Shown here piece by piece: positions 18,378 to 28,927 of a stretch of DNA of 64,000 nt (position 1 is the stretch's first letter; each line of letters starts with the position of its first letter). Source of the stretch: Calditrichia bacterium (GTDB lineage: Bacteria; Calditrichota; Calditrichia; RBG-13-44-9; J075); contig JBOEGD010000005.1 of the NCBI GenBank assembly GCA_050633245.1, positions 32,001 to 96,000 on the forward strand. Direction: 5' to 3'. Both the position numbers and the translations under genes were made by a program. Under the pieces are notes generated by a model that had not been told where the DNA came from, searched no databases, and saw only the letters and a program-made list of their open reading frames with translations.

Positions 18378-19643
18378 CTACTCCGCCAAACGAAATCCTT
18401 TAAACTGCCAGCGCTTACTCGTTTGGAAAAAGTTGCGGTAGGTTATCCTTGCATGATTCTTCGAGGTTGCGCATGATGAGCCGCGCAGTACCATCTGATC
18501 GATCATAAACTTTCCGTTGTACTCGCCAAGTGGACCGCCAGTGCGTTTGTAGCCGGGATAAGGCAGATAGCTGCTGCCGGTCCATTCCCAAACGTCGCCC
18601 ATCATTTGAAACAGACGTCCATCTCCTTGAACAGACGACTTGGTTGCCGGTTGTGGATGATACGCCTCGCTGTCAAAGTAATTGCCTTCTGCTCCTTCAA
18701 CGTTGCAACGTCTTGCTGCAACTTCCCACTCTGCTTCCGTCGGCAATCGCTTGCCGGCCCAAATTGCGTAGGCGTCCGCTTCATAGTAGCTTACGTGGCA
18801 AACCGGCGCCTGCAGGTTTAGTTTGCGCAATCCACCGAGAGTAAACTCATACCACTGATTATCTACCTTTTGCCAATAAAAGGGCGTTTGCAGAGTTCCA
18901 TTCTTAACCTGTTCCCAGGCATCCGACAGCCAAAATCGAAAGTCATTATAGCCACCGTCCTCAACGAATCTTAGATAATCGCCATTTGTTACCAGGCGAT
19001 TTTGCAGCTTGAAATCAGCGAGATACTGTTTGTGGACAGGACGCTCATTATCGTAGTAAAATCCATTACCCTGATAACCGATTTCGACCACACCACCGGC
19101 GAATTCAATAAATTGGGATGTAAGTGCCGGACCGTCATTGTCGGGAAGATTTTCGCGATAAGCCGGCTGAAGCGGATTACTGGCAAAAATGTATTTTATA
19201 TCGGTGATTAACAATTCCTGATGCTGTTGCTCGTGGTTGAGCGCAAGGACGAGCGTATCGCAAAACTCGCCCCATTTTGCATCATCTACATTGTCAATTA
19301 AGTCGCACATATGGTTGGTAATGTGCGCACGATAGGCCATTACCTCGCCAACTGTCGGACGCGAGAGGCTGCCACGCATATCGCGGTTTACGCGGGTGCC
19401 GAAAGATTCATAGTAGGAGTTGAATACGAACGCATACTCGGGATGGTAAGGTGTATATCCGGAAATGTATTTGTCGAGAAAAATAGCTTCATAGAACCAG
19501 CTGGTGTGTCCAAGGTGCCATTTGGGCGGGCTCACATCTAAAATAGGCTGAATAACATAGTCTTCTACACTTAGCGGAGCACAAATGTCTTCGGTTGTTT
19601 GACGCACTGCGAGAAAAAAGCGGGTTAGTTCTGCGCGATTCAT
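18378..19643 (-). CDS. egtB: Ergothioneine biosynthesis sulfoxide synthase EgtB
   Basis: SPPKWHLGHTSWF, FNSYY, HEQQHQEL, RLPTEAEWE, GEYNGKFM, YRNFF. Confidence 0.92.
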   Translation of the reverse strand: MNRAELTRFFLAVRQTTEDICAPLSVEDYVIQPILDVSPPKWHLGHTSWFYEAIFLDKYISGYTPYHPEYAFVFNSYYESFGTRVNRDMRGSLSRPTVGEVMAYRAHITNHMCDLIDNVDDAKWGEFCDTLVLALNHEQQHQELLITDIKYIFASNPLQPAYRENLPDNDGPALTSQFIEFAGGVVEIGYQGNGFYYDNERPVHKQYLADFKLQNRLVTNGDYLRFVEDGGYNDFRFWLSDAWEQVKNGTLQTPFYWQKVDNQWYEFTLGGLRKLNLQAPVCHVSYYEADAYAIWAGKRLPTEAEWEVAARRCNVEGAEGNYFDSEAYHPQPATKSSVQGDGRLFQMMGDVWEWTGSSYLPYPGYKRTGGPLGEYNGKFMIDQMVLRGSSCATSKNHARITYRNFFQTSKRWQFKGFRLAE

Positions 19644-19809
19644 TTACTCTCCTTTAAAATTGGACGCGTCTTTTCGGACGTTATTAAAATTGGGTCTTTT
19701 AACTTAGCCCAAGACAACGCCCTTTTCAAATGGATAAAGGAAAAAGTATCTACATTCAAATTAAAGATAGAGCATTGTCTCTATGGATATGAATGGCTAT
19801 TATTGACGC

Positions 19810-20601
19810 ATGAATAACTCGTTTAAAAGCAGGATTGCATCGCCGCTGATACACTACTTTGGCAGAAGAAAGGAGCGGCGAAAGTTTACCAAACCGCCTG
19901 TTATTATTGGCGGGTGTGGGCGTTCCGGTACCACCCTGTTGCTGTCTATACTTTCTGCGCATCCGGCGATCCACGTCTTGCCCTGGGAATCTCGCATCTT
20001 TGCACAGTGGAATAAGGTAGATCAGTCTGAGGAGAGCTGTGGACTGGAGTATCTGCCGAAGCGCCTTGACAGGCTTTACCGAAATTTTTTGGGAAATCGC
20101 ATTCCTCCTTCCGTCGATCGATGGTGTGAAAAAACACCTTCAAACATATTATTTCTTCCGCAGACGCTGGCCTGGTTTAACAATCGCGTCAAATTTATAC
20201 ATATTATCCGGGATGGCAGGGATGTAATGACCTCAATTCATCCTGACGATCCGGCAAAATACTGGGTAGAGCCGGAGCGCTGGGTGCGCGATACGCGAGC
20301 GGGTTTGGTCTATCGTGAACATCCAAGTGTACTGACTATCAAGTATGAAGATCTGATGACAGATCATCAACAGAGCTTGCAAAAAATATGCGAGTTTATT
20401 GAAGCTGACTTTGTTGAGGAAATTCGTTCCTGGCATGAGCATGCGACACTGCGAAAAAACCAGGCCTGGTTTGACCGTCTGAAAAAACCACATACGAATT
20501 CGATTCGCAAATGGGAAAAACCGGAACATGCGGATCGTTTGAAAATACTGCTGGGGAATGATGAGGTTGTTGCGCTATTGGAAGAGCTGAAATACGTTTA
20601 G
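19810..20601 (+). CDS. Sulfotransferase family protein
   Basis: GCGRSGTTLL PAPS loop, EKTP, IIRDGRDV, IKYEDL. Confidence 0.9.
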   Translation: MNNSFKSRIASPLIHYFGRRKERRKFTKPPVIIGGCGRSGTTLLLSILSAHPAIHVLPWESRIFAQWNKVDQSEESCGLEYLPKRLDRLYRNFLGNRIPPSVDRWCEKTPSNILFLPQTLAWFNNRVKFIHIIRDGRDVMTSIHPDDPAKYWVEPERWVRDTRAGLVYREHPSVLTIKYEDLMTDHQQSLQKICEFIEADFVEEIRSWHEHATLRKNQAWFDRLKKPHTNSIRKWEKPEHADRLKILLGNDEVVALLEELKYV

Positions 20602-20602
20602 G

Positions 20603-20722
20603 CGGTGAACGGTGAACGGTGAATGGTGAACGGTGAACGGGCAGAAAAGGAAGTGAGAAACGAAAGTGAGAAACGAAAGTGAGAAACGAAAGTGAGAAAA
20701 GAAGGTGAGAAACGGTGAGAAG
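20603..20722 (+). repeat. Tandem microsatellites: (CGGTGAA)x5 then (AAGTGAGAAACGA)x3 plus degenerate copies
   Basis: Read directly at 20603-20640 and 20651-20722, between convergent genes. Confidence 0.95.
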
Positions 20723-20819
20723 CAGTCAGAAAGACCCATAAGCACCGTAGGTGTGCCCCATTGAGTGAAGCGCCCAATCAATGAGCGCTCCTCGAAAATA
20801 ATCACTCATATATCACCAA

Positions 20820-21698
20820 TTACTTCAACAATACCAACTTTCTGGTCTGCACAAAGCCATCCGTCTCAAGCTGGTAGAAATAAATTCCACCGGAAAGATC
20901 CTGCGGCTGCCACTCGGCCTTATAGCTTCCGGGAGTCAGCTCTTCATTTACCAGCGTTTCAACTTCCTGCCCAAGTGGATTAAAAATCGTCAGCTTTACG
21001 TTGCTGGTTTTGGTGGTTGAAAATTCAATGGTCGTCGATGGATTGAACGGATTTGGATAGTTCTGCATCAGCTTGAAGGATTCGGCTACTCCGGCATCTT
21101 CAAGTGGTTCTACTCCTGTGGCGAACGCAAACTCCAGGTCATCAACCTGAATCGTAGCAAATGTTGTTTGTTCTGGAGATGCGGATGCGGTAATCCCCAT
21201 AATTATACTGGCAAAAGCGGCATCTCCGCTTCCAAAGTAAACAATAGGTACATTAAATGGCAAATAGCTTTGAGTGAGTTGGCTGAAACTCCCGCTTCCG
21301 GTTGCGATCGGTGTCCTTCCAGCATCACTGATGATAATACTAACGGCTAACGCAACGCCAAAAGAACCCTCCAGGCTGTCCAATTTGTAAAACCCGTTGA
21401 GTGAGCTGTAGTTTTGGGTGATCGGAAAAAAATTGTCGATTTCGTTCCCGGTCCCAATTATTGGAGGGATGGGATCATCTGGCCCGGAAATGAGTTCTCC
21501 AAGAATAGCGGATGAACCACTATTTGCGTCTCCTGTTTCCGTGACATTTGTAAGGATACCCGGAAGGTTGCTGGTAAACCATCCGTTAGGTTCTCCACCC
21601 GTCCAATTTTCGAATCCGGGGTTGGGGATTTCGTTTTGCGCTGATAATAGTGTTGTGAATGCCACAATACATAGCATACTGTAAAGAAAAATTTTCAT
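20820..21698 (-). CDS. Secreted protein with carbohydrate-binding-like domain and T9SS-type C-terminal sorting domain
   Basis: Signal peptide, IPNPGFENW...VDDL, QNYPNPFNPSTTI...GIYFYQL...RKLVLLK. Confidence 0.8.
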   Translation of the reverse strand: MKIFLYSMLCIVAFTTLLSAQNEIPNPGFENWTGGEPNGWFTSNLPGILTNVTETGDANSGSSAILGELISGPDDPIPPIIGTGNEIDNFFPITQNYSSLNGFYKLDSLEGSFGVALAVSIIISDAGRTPIATGSGSFSQLTQSYLPFNVPIVYFGSGDAAFASIIMGITASASPEQTTFATIQVDDLEFAFATGVEPLEDAGVAESFKLMQNYPNPFNPSTTIEFSTTKTSNVKLTIFNPLGQEVETLVNEELTPGSYKAEWQPQDLSGGIYFYQLETDGFVQTRKLVLLK

Positions 21699-21815
21699 TT
21701 TTCCTCCTGGAAAGGATAGTTAAGGGGAGTTCTTATCCAAAATTAGCAGGATTTTCGGTGCAAAGCTGTGAGTACCGTCAGAATGTTTTGCAAATGAGGA
21801 AGTATGTAGGAGTAA

Positions 21816-21860
21816 CCAGATGAAAACCCGGTTGATCTGGTTGACCGGATTTTCATCTGG
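21816..21860. terminator. Hairpin directly downstream of the S8 protease gene
   Basis: CCAGATGAAAACCCGGT pairs with ACCGGATTTTCATCTGG. Confidence 0.55.
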
Positions 21861-21870
21861 AATCAAATAG

Positions 21871-24177
21871 TTACTTCAGTAGCATCATTTTGCGAACGAT
21901 ACTGTTGCTTCCAGCTTCAAGCTGATAATAGTAAACACCACTCGGAAGCTGATCTGCCTGGAACTGTGTTGTGTAGCTTCCAGCAGGTTGCTGCTCGTTA
22001 ACCAAGACCGAAACGGTTTGCCCCAACGTGTTGTAAATCTTCAGAGTCACATCGCTGCTCTCAGGAAGCCGGTAGGATATCGTCGTTGAGGGATTGAACG
22101 GATTCGGATAGTTTTGATCCAGCTCGAAGTACGTGATGCCAGCTGTTGACCCATCACTGATTCCTGTTATTACAGATGTAACTGCACCAACGGCATCAAT
22201 CTTACCATTGCCCCAAACAACATTTGGTGTTCCCACCGGACGTGCACTGCTCGCCAGAATGGAGCGTACATCAGCGACATTCAGTCCGGGATTGCGTTCA
22301 AGCATTAGCCCGATAACGCCGGCAACGTGTGGTGCGGCCATGCTGGTGCCCTGCTGCTTAATAAGCTCTCCACTTACGTGAATATTTTCTGCCTGAACGC
22401 CAACGCCGATAGTTAAATCGAAAGAGGCGGCAGACAATATTGCTTCACCCGGTGCAGTGATGTCTGGTTTAAGACGACCATCGCGGGATGGGCCGATGCT
22501 GGAAAAGCTGGAAATATTTCCAATTGTCGGGTTGCCCGGCTGGTTCTGAGTTGTGCCGTTTAGATCGACCCACTGGTTTTTTGTTACATAAGAACCGACC
22601 GTTATTATATCATTAGCCGTGCCGGGAACACCGATAGTGAGGTTAGAATCACCAGGACGAAAAAAGGTGCCTGAATCCTGTGTAAATGCACCGCCAACAA
22701 CCATCCAGGCGTCAAAGGTGCCACTGCCAAATGTATAGAGAGACCAGAAGACCTGATCAATCGGCCAGGAACCGTTTTGGCTGTCAATAAGAATCTGAAC
22801 GCGGCTGGCGCCATTTTGCGGATCGCTTGTTACAGAAGCATCGATGCTAACGATACCGAGCGTTCCGGTGCCCGGGTCGAAATTAATGTTCTGAGCGTTT
22901 TGTCCCGGAGCAACCGGGTTGGTAAATCCGAGTAGAGTGCCATATAGATCGTATGCTGCTAACCCAACACTGATGCTTCCGCTATCATACCACATATCGA
23001 CCAGAGAAACCTGTGAACCTTGATTAACGGTCCAGACTGTTTCCAGAGCATCATTATAGCTGGTGCCGGCTTGCGTGGCATAGCTCGCATGAATAATGCT
23101 GCTGCCTTCATTTCCACCTGCCGCGACAATAATACGTCCGGAGCCGGTGAGCGCATCCAGCGCTTGTTCGTAAAGAGACGTACCGTCGTGTGGACCATAC
23201 TGTCCACCAAGGCTTAAATTGATTACAGCTGCTTCATTCAATTCAGACGCTTTACTGAAAATATAAGCACAACCATTCACCACATCGGTGTCGGAAAAAC
23301 CACCAGCGCTATTATGGTCGCGAATGCCTTTTACAAAAACAATATCTGACTCAGGGGCGGTTCCGACATAGCCGTTTACCGCAGAGCCATTTCCGGCTGC
23401 GGTTCCGGTTACGTGCGTACCATGTCCGCCTCCGCCATTACCATCAATTTGCGTGGCGCTGCCGTTCTGCATTTCGGCATCTGTCCATTCACTGCCATAA
23501 TTATAGCCAGCCGGTGGATTTCCAGTGCCGGACATGTCCCACAAATATTTTATACGAATAGATCCGTTTGCCCAAAAGTCTGAGTGAGCAAAGTGGAGAC
23601 CGCTATCCAGAACGCCTACGACAACCCCATCACCTGTATAAGCCACCGGTAGACCGGCATTTCCGGTATGAACCAGATTGGCACCAATTTCTATGTGGCT
23701 TTCATTCAACATCGGCTGATTTATGGAGCTTAATGCAATATGTGAAACAGTGTTTTTGGAAGCTACTGCATAGACTTTGTCGAGTGGCAATTCGACAACT
23801 AAAATGTCTTCGATAATTGTAGCGACACTACCGCCAAGGCTTGTTACATCGGCGCTGGTTGCCGAGGTCGTGGAACTCTCTATAAATAGTTGAACGGTAG
23901 CGAGATTGGTATAGTCCAGCTGAATTGCAGCGACGTCTGCGAAGCGGGCCATTTCTACATCTACAGCTTTGTTGGTTCTAATGGCTCCTTCATATGAACG
24001 AACCATAGAGCGCAGTAGCGGATCGATCTTGTTGTCATACTGCTTGGCAGATTCCAGATTGTCAGAGATATTGATGCGCTTATTTGCATCAGCTTTTTGT
24101 TTTTCAAAACGCGATTCAGCAAACAAAAAACCGCTTGCCAAAAAGCTCAGAATAATAAATCGTATAAGAAAATTCAT
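21871..24177 (-). CDS. S8 subtilisin-family serine peptidase with prodomain and C-terminal sorting domain
   Basis: Triad VLDSG, HGTHVTG, GTSMAAPHVAG; INLSLG; KPDITAPG; QNYPNPFNP tail. Confidence 0.95.
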   Translation of the reverse strand: MNFLIRFIILSFLASGFLFAESRFEKQKADANKRINISDNLESAKQYDNKIDPLLRSMVRSYEGAIRTNKAVDVEMARFADVAAIQLDYTNLATVQLFIESSTTSATSADVTSLGGSVATIIEDILVVELPLDKVYAVASKNTVSHIALSSINQPMLNESHIEIGANLVHTGNAGLPVAYTGDGVVVGVLDSGLHFAHSDFWANGSIRIKYLWDMSGTGNPPAGYNYGSEWTDAEMQNGSATQIDGNGGGGHGTHVTGTAAGNGSAVNGYVGTAPESDIVFVKGIRDHNSAGGFSDTDVVNGCAYIFSKASELNEAAVINLSLGGQYGPHDGTSLYEQALDALTGSGRIIVAAGGNEGSSIIHASYATQAGTSYNDALETVWTVNQGSQVSLVDMWYDSGSISVGLAAYDLYGTLLGFTNPVAPGQNAQNINFDPGTGTLGIVSIDASVTSDPQNGASRVQILIDSQNGSWPIDQVFWSLYTFGSGTFDAWMVVGGAFTQDSGTFFRPGDSNLTIGVPGTANDIITVGSYVTKNQWVDLNGTTQNQPGNPTIGNISSFSSIGPSRDGRLKPDITAPGEAILSAASFDLTIGVGVQAENIHVSGELIKQQGTSMAAPHVAGVIGLMLERNPGLNVADVRSILASSARPVGTPNVVWGNGKIDAVGAVTSVITGISDGSTAGITYFELDQNYPNPFNPSTTISYRLPESSDVTLKIYNTLGQTVSVLVNEQQPAGSYTTQFQADQLPSGVYYYQLEAGSNSIVRKMMLLK

Positions 24178-24240
24178 CTTTTATTCCTTTGTAAACGGTA
24201 TAACATTGGTTCATTTGGTAATAATTTAAAATCGAACGGA

Positions 24241-24579
24241 TTAGCGATTAAGCATGTTCCTTTCTTGCGAAAGCTGAAGAGTTTCTACGATTTCCATCGA
24301 TGCCAACTCCGAAATGGCATTCGCAGAACCGCTGGCTGTCATGATAGAGCCAGCCATGGTTTCCACCGTAACACCCATCCTTTGCATTGCTTCTTTTAGT
24401 TCCGTAGCCGGTGCTTCACTGAGCTTGGCCAGAACCTGAATTTTGGTGTCGCTATTACTTTCAGATAATTCATTGATACGCTTTTGAAGCGCAGAGTCCA
24501 TTTTAGGATAGCCTGCCATATTTTGACTTCCGCAAGATGCGAATGCCAGAAAAGCAGCTATTAGCAGCAGTAGCTTCAT
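24241..24579 (-). CDS. Lipoprotein resembling a stand-alone subtilisin propeptide/inhibitor domain
   Basis: Lipobox FASC; KMDSALQ and GVTVETMAGSIMTA...ELASMEIVETLQLS echo the neighbour's prodomain KIDPLLR and GGSVATIIEDILVV...VASKNTVSHIALS. Confidence 0.6.
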   Translation of the reverse strand: MKLLLLIAAFLAFASCGSQNMAGYPKMDSALQKRINELSESNSDTKIQVLAKLSEAPATELKEAMQRMGVTVETMAGSIMTASGSANAISELASMEIVETLQLSQERNMLNR

Positions 24580-24929
24580 TTTTCCCCCTGATGTTATGTG
24601 AATGTGCTATCATATACGGCATGTTGATGTGTCTTTTCAACAATTTATGCTTTTATTCTATTCTTGTCTTTGTCCGTCAGCACTCTTTGGGCTAAGAACG
24701 ATTCGACTTTTTATTGCTCTCATCAGGGCAAAAACTGGGTTATTTGCTTTAATCTTAAGGCAAAGTAAATTAATACAACTCGGATTTCGGAGAGATGTCT
24801 TGCAAATAACTTACTTGAAATGAATATTTTTTATTCTTAGATTCAGCGGATTCATTAATCTCGATTCAATTCTTTAGAAAATCATCAGGTACTAATTTAT
24901 TATTAGTCTAATATCTTTTCGGAGGTTCT

Positions 24930-25586
24930 ATGAAAACATGGATTTACATGTTTGTGGTTACTGCAATGGCATTAATGCTTACCAATTGTGGTGAAGATGC
25001 AATGTCACCCGAACCCAACCAAAGCCCGACAATTACATCAGTTACTGCCGCTCTTTTAACCCTCTCACCGGGACAAACAACTACCGTTACAGTTGCGGCA
25101 AGTGACCCGGATGGTGATAACCTAAGCTATTCCTACACGGCTACAGGTGGGACGGTAGTTGGAAATACCAATTCTGCTACATTCACTGCCGGACCAAATG
25201 CCGGTAATGCGTCGGTAACCGTTTTGGTTAGTGACGGACAGGGCGGTAGCGTTAATGGTTCTGTTTCCTTAAATATTGCTCAATTGGCTCCAACGGTAAA
25301 TATTTCTGCGCAGTCCGTACCGGCAGGTGGTGGTGGAGAGTGTCTTTTGTTCACGGGTGTTCCTCAGGAAGAACTGGTTTTTAACAGCGTTAAAATTACC
25401 AATCCGATCAGTGAGTTTGTAACTTTTAATATTGGTGGTGTTACTGTTGTTGCCAACCAGCCGGTAGATTTGCAGGCTGCAGGTTCATGTTATACGAAGC
25501 GTAGCGGTGTGTATACCTTTGAGTTTACCGGAACTCGCCCTGGTGGCGGCGCGTTTACAGCGACTTCCAGCTATACTCAGCAGTAG
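24930..25586 (+). CDS. Lipoprotein with Ig-like (PKD/cadherin-like) domain
   Basis: GGAGG RBS, lipobox LTNC, NQSP...ASDPDGDNLSYSY...VSDGQGG. Confidence 0.8.
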   Translation: MKTWIYMFVVTAMALMLTNCGEDAMSPEPNQSPTITSVTAALLTLSPGQTTTVTVAASDPDGDNLSYSYTATGGTVVGNTNSATFTAGPNAGNASVTVLVSDGQGGSVNGSVSLNIAQLAPTVNISAQSVPAGGGGECLLFTGVPQEELVFNSVKITNPISEFVTFNIGGVTVVANQPVDLQAAGSCYTKRSGVYTFEFTGTRPGGGAFTATSSYTQQ

Positions 25587-25644
25587 GTAGTGCAAGCTGC
25601 GAAGCTGTTTGGAAACGATTGGCTTGTTAAATATCAATTTATCG

Positions 25645-25684
25645 AAGAGTCCTCATTGATAATATCTATGAGGACTCTTTTTTT
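25645..25684 (+). terminator. Intrinsic terminator
   Basis: AAGAGTCCTCAT...ATGAGGACTCTT followed by T-run. Confidence 0.85.
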
Positions 25685-25755
25685 ACTTTTTTCTATGTGA
25701 GAATTGACATTTGATAAAGGGATTTGAGTAACTCCTTTGCATTTTATGGTGGGAG

Positions 25756-26304
25756 TTACTTCTCGTTTGAGCCTAATCGTGTATCGGCTTCTGTTAAATT
25801 GCGCAGGTGGGCAACGATTTGTCCAAGCTCTTCCTCATCTAACTCGGTTACAGCTGTTTGATAAACAGCTTGGCCGTCGTCACTAAATAGAATGATATTG
25901 CAGGATTTTTCAACCTGCTGATACGTCTTTGCAAACTCCCCTTTCCAATCCAATAAAATCCAAACTGCCGGATCTTTGGGAAAAAAGCGCTTTACGATTC
26001 CCCGCACAAAGAACGGTACTTTACGCATATCTGCAACGGGCAGAAAACGCACTTTTTCCGTATCATCACCAAGCGAATCCAAAATAGCCATAGACCAACG
26101 CTCATTGTAGTCGCTTCCCTTTTTGTCGCTAAGAACAGCAATCAGCACTTGCCCCTCAAAATCCTGATGTGTATAGGTGCTGTCAAACTGATCGTTTAGT
26201 TTGAACGGGATAAGTTGATCCTGGCCCAATGCCGGTGCGGTTAGCAAAAACGTACCGCTTAAAAGAAAAATTTGCAGAAAAAAGGTAAATTTTACACAGT
26301 TCAT
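25756..26304 (-). CDS. Exported thioredoxin-fold (AhpC/YtfJ-like) protein without CxxC
   Basis: Signal peptide; FKLNDQFD, ILLDWKGE; start could be upstream (26364). Confidence 0.6.
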   Translation of the reverse strand: MNCVKFTFFLQIFLLSGTFLLTAPALGQDQLIPFKLNDQFDSTYTHQDFEGQVLIAVLSDKKGSDYNERWSMAILDSLGDDTEKVRFLPVADMRKVPFFVRGIVKRFFPKDPAVWILLDWKGEFAKTYQQVEKSCNIILFSDDGQAVYQTAVTELDEEELGQIVAHLRNLTEADTRLGSNEK

Positions 26305-26452
26305 TTGGTATTTTCCGTATTTTTTAAGCACAATCAGCATAATGCAATTTTGCTTCCATGACAATGTATATCGTCATGACTTTGCATATGTTCCGCGAAT
26401 TTACGAAGTTCGTTTATAACAAATCCACTATGTTTTTATTTCTGGAGTTGGT

Positions 26453-27733
26453 GTGACTAAGCGGGAAACCATTTCAGTTTCGGGAAGCGATGTTCGTCAG
26501 CGCAATATTTTTATTGCCGGCGCGCGCGCAAAGAAACCACTTGTTCCTATCGATATGGCAGAGCTTGCAGACGCTGCACGTAAGAAGTTGCCATTACCGG
26601 CGTTCGCTTATATTGCCGGTGGCGCTGGCAATGAAGAGACGATGTTGGCGAATCGGGAAGGTTTTTCTCGTTGGCGAATTGTTCCACGCATGCTCCGCGA
26701 TGTTTCCCAACGTGATACATCTATTGAGCTATTCGGTAAGCGCTTGCCTTCCCCGCTGTTGTTTTCCCCCATTGGCGTCCTTGAACTGGCTCATCAAGAG
26801 GCTGATGTGGCTGTTGCCAAAGCAGCCGCAGAAGAAGGTGTCCCGATGATTTTCTCAAATCAGGCAAGCCGCTCAATGGAAGACTGTGCAGATGCGATGG
26901 GGAATGCCGATCGTTGGTTTCAGCTGTATTGGAGCAAGTCGGATGACCTGGTTCGCAGCCTTGTAAAGCGTGCGGAGAACTGTGGTTGTAAGGCAATTGT
27001 TGTTACGCTCGATACCATGTTGCTCGGCTGGCGAACTCGCGATCTGGATTTGGCCTACCTGCCTTTTTTGCAGGGCAAAGGTATTGCCCAGTATACCAGC
27101 GATCCTGTTTTTTTGAAAATGCTGGATGAACCTATGGAAACATCGGCAGCAGGCCCGATTAATTTGGCTGCCATAAAAACGCTGTTGCAAATGACACGAG
27201 CATTTCCCGGCGGATTTTTGGAAAACTTGCGTTCGGGTAAACCGCGTGCTGCAGTTCAAAAGTTTATTCAAATCTTTGCCCGCCCCTCACTTACCTGGGA
27301 AAACCTGGCCTTTCTCCGAGACATTACCGGGCTACCGATTTTACTTAAGGGCATTCTTCATCAGGGTGATGCGCGGCGAGCTTTAGAATATGGGATTGAC
27401 GGAATTATTGTCTCGAACCATGGTGGTCGGCAGATCGATGGCTCAATCTCGTCCATTGCAGCACTGCCGGGTGTTGTGGATGCGGTGGATGGGAAAATTC
27501 CAGTAATTTTTGATAGCGGTGTTCGTGGCGGAGCAGATATATTCAAAGCTCTTGCTCTCGGTGCTACCGGAGTATGTATTGGAAGACCGTATGTGTATGG
27601 GCTCGCACTTGCAGGCTCAGCCGGAGTTGCAGAAGTTATACAAAATCTTAAAGCAGATTTTGAAATAACCATGGCCTTAAGCGGTTGTCGAAATACGTCT
27701 GAGATTGTGCGGGAGTGTTTGGTTGAGCAGTAA
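26453..27733 (+). CDS. FMN-dependent alpha-hydroxy acid oxidase (lactate 2-monooxygenase-like)
   Basis: YIAGGAG, WFQLYW, VVTLDT, LKGI, SNHGGRQ, DSGVRGGADIFKALALGA, GRPY. Confidence 0.92.
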   Translation: MTKRETISVSGSDVRQRNIFIAGARAKKPLVPIDMAELADAARKKLPLPAFAYIAGGAGNEETMLANREGFSRWRIVPRMLRDVSQRDTSIELFGKRLPSPLLFSPIGVLELAHQEADVAVAKAAAEEGVPMIFSNQASRSMEDCADAMGNADRWFQLYWSKSDDLVRSLVKRAENCGCKAIVVTLDTMLLGWRTRDLDLAYLPFLQGKGIAQYTSDPVFLKMLDEPMETSAAGPINLAAIKTLLQMTRAFPGGFLENLRSGKPRAAVQKFIQIFARPSLTWENLAFLRDITGLPILLKGILHQGDARRALEYGIDGIIVSNHGGRQIDGSISSIAALPGVVDAVDGKIPVIFDSGVRGGADIFKALALGATGVCIGRPYVYGLALAGSAGVAEVIQNLKADFEITMALSGCRNTSEIVRECLVEQ

Positions 27734-27745
27734 GGCAGTGAGTGA

Positions 27746-27767
27746 GCCCATAACTTTAGTCGTGGGT
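27746..27767. repeat. REP / IS200-IS605-end-like hairpin GCCCATAACTTTAGTCGTGGGT
   Basis: Imperfect palindrome of the CCCACGACTTTAGTCGTGGG type between convergent genes. Confidence 0.5.
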
Positions 27768-27853
27768 GAACAGGTTAGGTGTCAAGTGCCCGATTAGCGA
27801 AACGCCCAATAAACACCACAGTTGCCCCCATTTATACTATCACTCATCATGCA

Positions 27854-28927
27854 TCAATTCACTGGCGGCATTGTCTCGATTAAAATACGTTGTGTTTGAT
27901 TCGTCGTCAGTGCGCTCATACTGCGGGTATAGTCGCTCGACAGAACCCATCCCCCGTTTAGATCTATTTCTATGTTTGCTCGATCGGAAATGTTGAAGCT
28001 GGGCAGCTCTTCTAAATCCAATGGTTTGCCGGTGCTCATAGTAAGCTGCTTCAAAAATGTAACGACAAAATTTCTGGCTTCCTCCGGATCGACATCTTGC
28101 CCCCAATTGATTTTTGCTCGATTTGCCGTTTGATCATAGTCCACCAAGACAATAAATCCATACCCCTTCATGGGGTCTCCACCGAGAAAGTTGGGTAAAG
28201 TAGTTTCAAAGCGGATGGTGTCTCCAATAGCAAAGACGCCGCCACTGGCAATGTGCATTAAAGTAAGTGGTTCTGATAATTCAGAGCGAATAAATTCTGG
28301 CGATATCATTTTGCTCATTAAAGCACGAAAGGTCTTTTTTTCCTTGGCAGTCTTAAATTCCTTACTCGCATTGGCTGCAAGCCTGTCGACCAAAAGCTCG
28401 ATACTGCTTATAAGTTCATCGGAATTTAGCAAGCGAAGTGGGCTGCCAGTGCTATCGACCTGAAAAAGTATGCTTTCGTGCTGGACCAGATTTCCCAGCT
28501 TACTTACTCGTTTTGAAATGGCTCCCGGTGAGTTGGAGTCTGTGTTGCGATAAACCCATTCCATCACATATCCTTCAGCGTTGCCTTCTTTTATCAGAAC
28601 GTCTATGTTTGAAACGCTATTTTCATCGGTTTTTATCTTTCCGGCATCGGTCTTTTTACGCTCTTCGGTAATTCGAATCGTATACTTCTGTCCCTGCGTA
28701 CGTTTGAACGGGAGAGCGAATACTTCTTTAACCTCATTTGTGCTACTGTCAATTATGGAGTCTACTCTGGGAAAGCTGTCATTCGCTTTTACTGTATGTG
28801 TAAGACTGTCTGCTTGCGCACCAAACAGATCCGAAATGTCGGTTGCGACACGTCTTTCAGAATTTGCGGGATTGCAGCCGCACAGAATCAAATAGCTGAA
28901 AAAGCAAAGAACACGAGAGAAAGTCAT
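27854..28927 (-). CDS. Hypothetical lipoprotein
   Basis: Long ORF with lipobox-like LCGC; no recognised domain. Confidence 0.65.
   Translation of the reverse strand: MTFSRVLCFFSYLILCGCNPANSERRVATDISDLFGAQADSLTHTVKANDSFPRVDSIIDSSTNEVKEVFALPFKRTQGQKYTIRITEERKKTDAGKIKTDENSVSNIDVLIKEGNAEGYVMEWVYRNTDSNSPGAISKRVSKLGNLVQHESILFQVDSTGSPLRLLNSDELISSIELLVDRLAANASKEFKTAKEKKTFRALMSKMISPEFIRSELSEPLTLMHIASGGVFAIGDTIRFETTLPNFLGGDPMKGYGFIVLVDYDQTANRAKINWGQDVDPEEARNFVVTFLKQLTMSTGKPLDLEELPSFNISDRANIEIDLNGGWVLSSDYTRSMSALTTNQTQRILIETMPPVN

Noticed and set aside
20575-20805. 76-aa minus-strand ORF
   Set aside because: Produced by the microsatellite (FTVH/SHF repeats)
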